IMG/VR virus record: IMGVR_UViG_3300035208_002115
Reading direction: 5' to 3' (one strand)
Length of the DNA: 64,000 nt
From: a virus
Taxonomy: Duplodnaviria; Caudoviricetes
Under the pieces are notes generated by a model. That model saw only the letters and a program-made list of their open reading frames with translations. It ran no database searches and was not told where the DNA came from. The translations under genes were made by a program, and so were the position numbers. How positions within the stretch are numbered: position 1 is the first letter of the stretch; every line of letters begins with the position of its first letter. Of the stretch, positions 62,160 to 64,000 are shown piece after piece.

Positions 62160-62385
62160 AATACTTTATAAATTGTTTTTTAATTTTTAATCCTCTATAT
62201 ATTAAAATTTTTTATGAATTTAATATAAAAAGATTTTGGTAATAAGTCATTATACCCTTTTTATAGCATTTTGTTATATAAATATTGAAATTAAATAAAA
62301 CTTTTTTCGTATTTGTATTTATAAGTACATGTCATACTATATTTTCTCATTAATATATGTGGCCTAAAAAATAACTGTGTAATGG

Positions 62386-63597
62386 ATGGAAAAATTAAAA
62401 GTTCTCGCAATCAATGTAGATAATGATGGTGTTGGATATCATAGAGTCTTATCACCACATACAATTTTAGACGAAGAAAACATTGATGTTGATATAAGAA
62501 ATCTGGGAGACCACACACTCCCGTTATTAGATGAAAACTTTTTAAAAAATTATAATATTATTTTTTACAACAAAAAAATTCCCTTTTCTGACGAAATAAA
62601 GAAAATCACGTTTAAAAATATATTGAATAAATATAACATTAAACTTGTGTTTGATATCGATGACCATTGGGAATTAAACAGCAGTCACGTTAATTATAAA
62701 AGTTGGATTCAGAATAATGGTAAAGAATCGGTATTAACTGAATTAAGGGGTGCTGATTATGTCACTACTACCACACCAATTTTTGCTGAAGATATTAAAG
62801 AAATAAATCCAAATGTAAAAGTGATACCAAATGCTGTTAATTTAAAAGAATACCAGTGGTTGGATAAAAAAGTACCATCTGATAAAATCAGATTTTTATG
62901 GGGTGGTGGTATTACACATTTGCCAGATTTAAGATTATTACAACCATCTTTTAAGAAATTTGATAAAGAATTCCTTGAAAAATGTCAATTGTATCTATGT
63001 GGTTTTGATTTAAGAATGAGAACTAAGGAAGGGATGGCTAAATCTGACTGGAGAAGTAATCAGTGGACATTCTTTGAAGATATATTCACAAATGATTTAA
63101 AATACATTAAGAATACTGAATATTTTCAATGGTTAAGAAAATATGAAGATGGTGGTAAGGATAATTATGGCGCAAGACCAGAATATATTAATGAATTTTA
63201 TCAAAGACGTTGGACTAAACCTATTTTACTTTATGGTACTCAATATAATGAAACTGATGTGGCATTAGCACCTATTAAATCAGGTGTTAAATTTAATATG
63301 GTAAAGAGTCAGTTGAAAATTATCGAAGCTGGCGCACATAAATGTCCAATAATTGCATCAAATTTTGGTTCATATACTTTGGATGATATTGAAGGAAAAA
63401 TAGACAGTAAACCAAAAGGCTTCTTAATTGATGAGAATGATAAAGACGGATGGTATCAGAAAATGAAATGGTTTTCTCAAAATCCAGAAGCGGTCAGAGA
63501 ATATGGTGACAATTTATATGAATATATTAAATCAAATTATGATTTAAGAGTTGTAAATAAAGAACGTGCGGAGTTTTATAGAAGCATCGTTAGATAA
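62386..63597 (+). CDS. GT-B (GT4-like) glycosyltransferase
   Basis: DGVGYHR..P, FDIDD, DVALAP...FN..KSQLKIIEAG...PIIAS. Confidence 0.85.
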   Translation: MEKLKVLAINVDNDGVGYHRVLSPHTILDEENIDVDIRNLGDHTLPLLDENFLKNYNIIFYNKKIPFSDEIKKITFKNILNKYNIKLVFDIDDHWELNSSHVNYKSWIQNNGKESVLTELRGADYVTTTTPIFAEDIKEINPNVKVIPNAVNLKEYQWLDKKVPSDKIRFLWGGGITHLPDLRLLQPSFKKFDKEFLEKCQLYLCGFDLRMRTKEGMAKSDWRSNQWTFFEDIFTNDLKYIKNTEYFQWLRKYEDGGKDNYGARPEYINEFYQRRWTKPILLYGTQYNETDVALAPIKSGVKFNMVKSQLKIIEAGAHKCPIIASNFGSYTLDDIEGKIDSKPKGFLIDENDKDGWYQKMKWFSQNPEAVREYGDNLYEYIKSNYDLRVVNKERAEFYRSIVR

Positions 63598-63600
63598 CAA

Positions 63601-63765
63601 AACGGTTTTAAATTAATCTCGGAGAAGGAGATGGGGGTGCTGAATGGATGCGAATCCTACTTAAAGGCTTAAAACGGCTACCAATGGTAAATATCGAAGT
63701 CCAATAAATAGCAGACAGTGTGCTGTGTTCATGTGGAATAGAATATCTCTAATTTAAAATCATTT
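63601..63765 (+). ncRNA. Candidate structured non-coding RNA
   Basis: GC-enriched intergenic block with a 12-bp closing stem (63604-63615/63750-63761) and a GGAT-GCGA-ATCC GNRA hairpin. Confidence 0.45.
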
Positions 63766-63783
63766 AAAAAATGATAATATGTT

Positions 63784-64000
63784 TTGGAATTAAAACGTTG
63801 CAAAAATTGTGGTGATGAATTTCCAGCTACGACTGAATATTTTGCCCGAAATAAACTATCAAAAGACGGTTTGTTTTATCATTGTAAAACCTGTCAGAAC
63901 AATAAACGAAATGCAAGTAGAAAAATAAATGGTCGGGTGTGGTATGAGAGAGTGTTAAGTTCTGTACATTATCGAGCAAAAGTTACAAATAAACAGGATG
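63784..64000 (+). CDS. Zinc-finger N-terminus of an HNH/EndoVII-like endonuclease, partial
   Basis: Manual translation from TTG: MELKRCKNCGDEFPATTEYF...DGLFYHCKTC. Confidence 0.6.
   Translation, partial: MELKRCKNCGDEFPATTEYFARNKLSKDGLFYHCKTCQNNKRNASRKINGRVWYERVLSSVHYRAKVTNKQD

Noticed and set aside
63601-63765. Miniature RNase P RNA or hammerhead ribozyme
   Set aside because: Only a loose GGAGAAG...ATAGAA resemblance; no GAGGAAAGUCC or bulged-U P4, and no CUGANGA/GAAA core.
1-64000. Stop-codon reassignment (TAG or TGA) as in some megaphages
   Set aside because: Conserved genes are full length in the standard code, coding density is high, and TAG and TGA act as real stops (helicase TAG, HD-CoaD TGA).
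1-64000. CRISPR array
   Set aside because: I saw no regularly spaced 25-45 bp repeats with unique spacers.

Overview
Very AT-rich (roughly a quarter GC by eye), gene-dense segment of a jumbo/mega-phage using the standard code. The host is most likely Bacteroidota: TAnnTTTG promoters recur, there are no obvious Shine-Dalgarno motifs, and there are Bacteroidota-style lipoproteins and a SusC-like TonB-box motif. It encodes replication and nucleotide genes (single-chain type IIA topoisomerase, DinG/XPD helicase, dNMP kinase), translation/tRNA genes (ribosomal protein S1, CCA-adding enzyme, a tRNA-like gene), PhoH, HD-CoaD, NADAR, SET, a MORC/GHKL ATPase next to two DPPY methyltransferases, glycosyltransferases, probable virion proteins and homing endonucleases. 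Main observations: (1) the dNMP kinase P-loop is broken by a stop and a frame change right after an 11-bp GC-rich hairpin, a candidate for programmed ribosomal bypass or frameshift, and the upstream GIY-YIG gene starts with a copy of the kinase N-terminus; (2) a complete tRNA body has its anticodon loop replaced by a 118-nt structured RNA; (3) about 13 genes, many behind a shared TAATATATA motif, carry a T4 capsid-targeting-like N-terminal tag, and several of them are among eight ADP-ribosyltransferase-like domains in the window, alongside a GNAT-ParB-ART-CCA polyprotein; (4) a separate family of about 14 unrelated proteins shares an RxxKIxx(I/L) motif, mostly at the C-terminus; (5) three promoter classes can be read from the sequence. 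All functional calls come from motif recognition without database searches.
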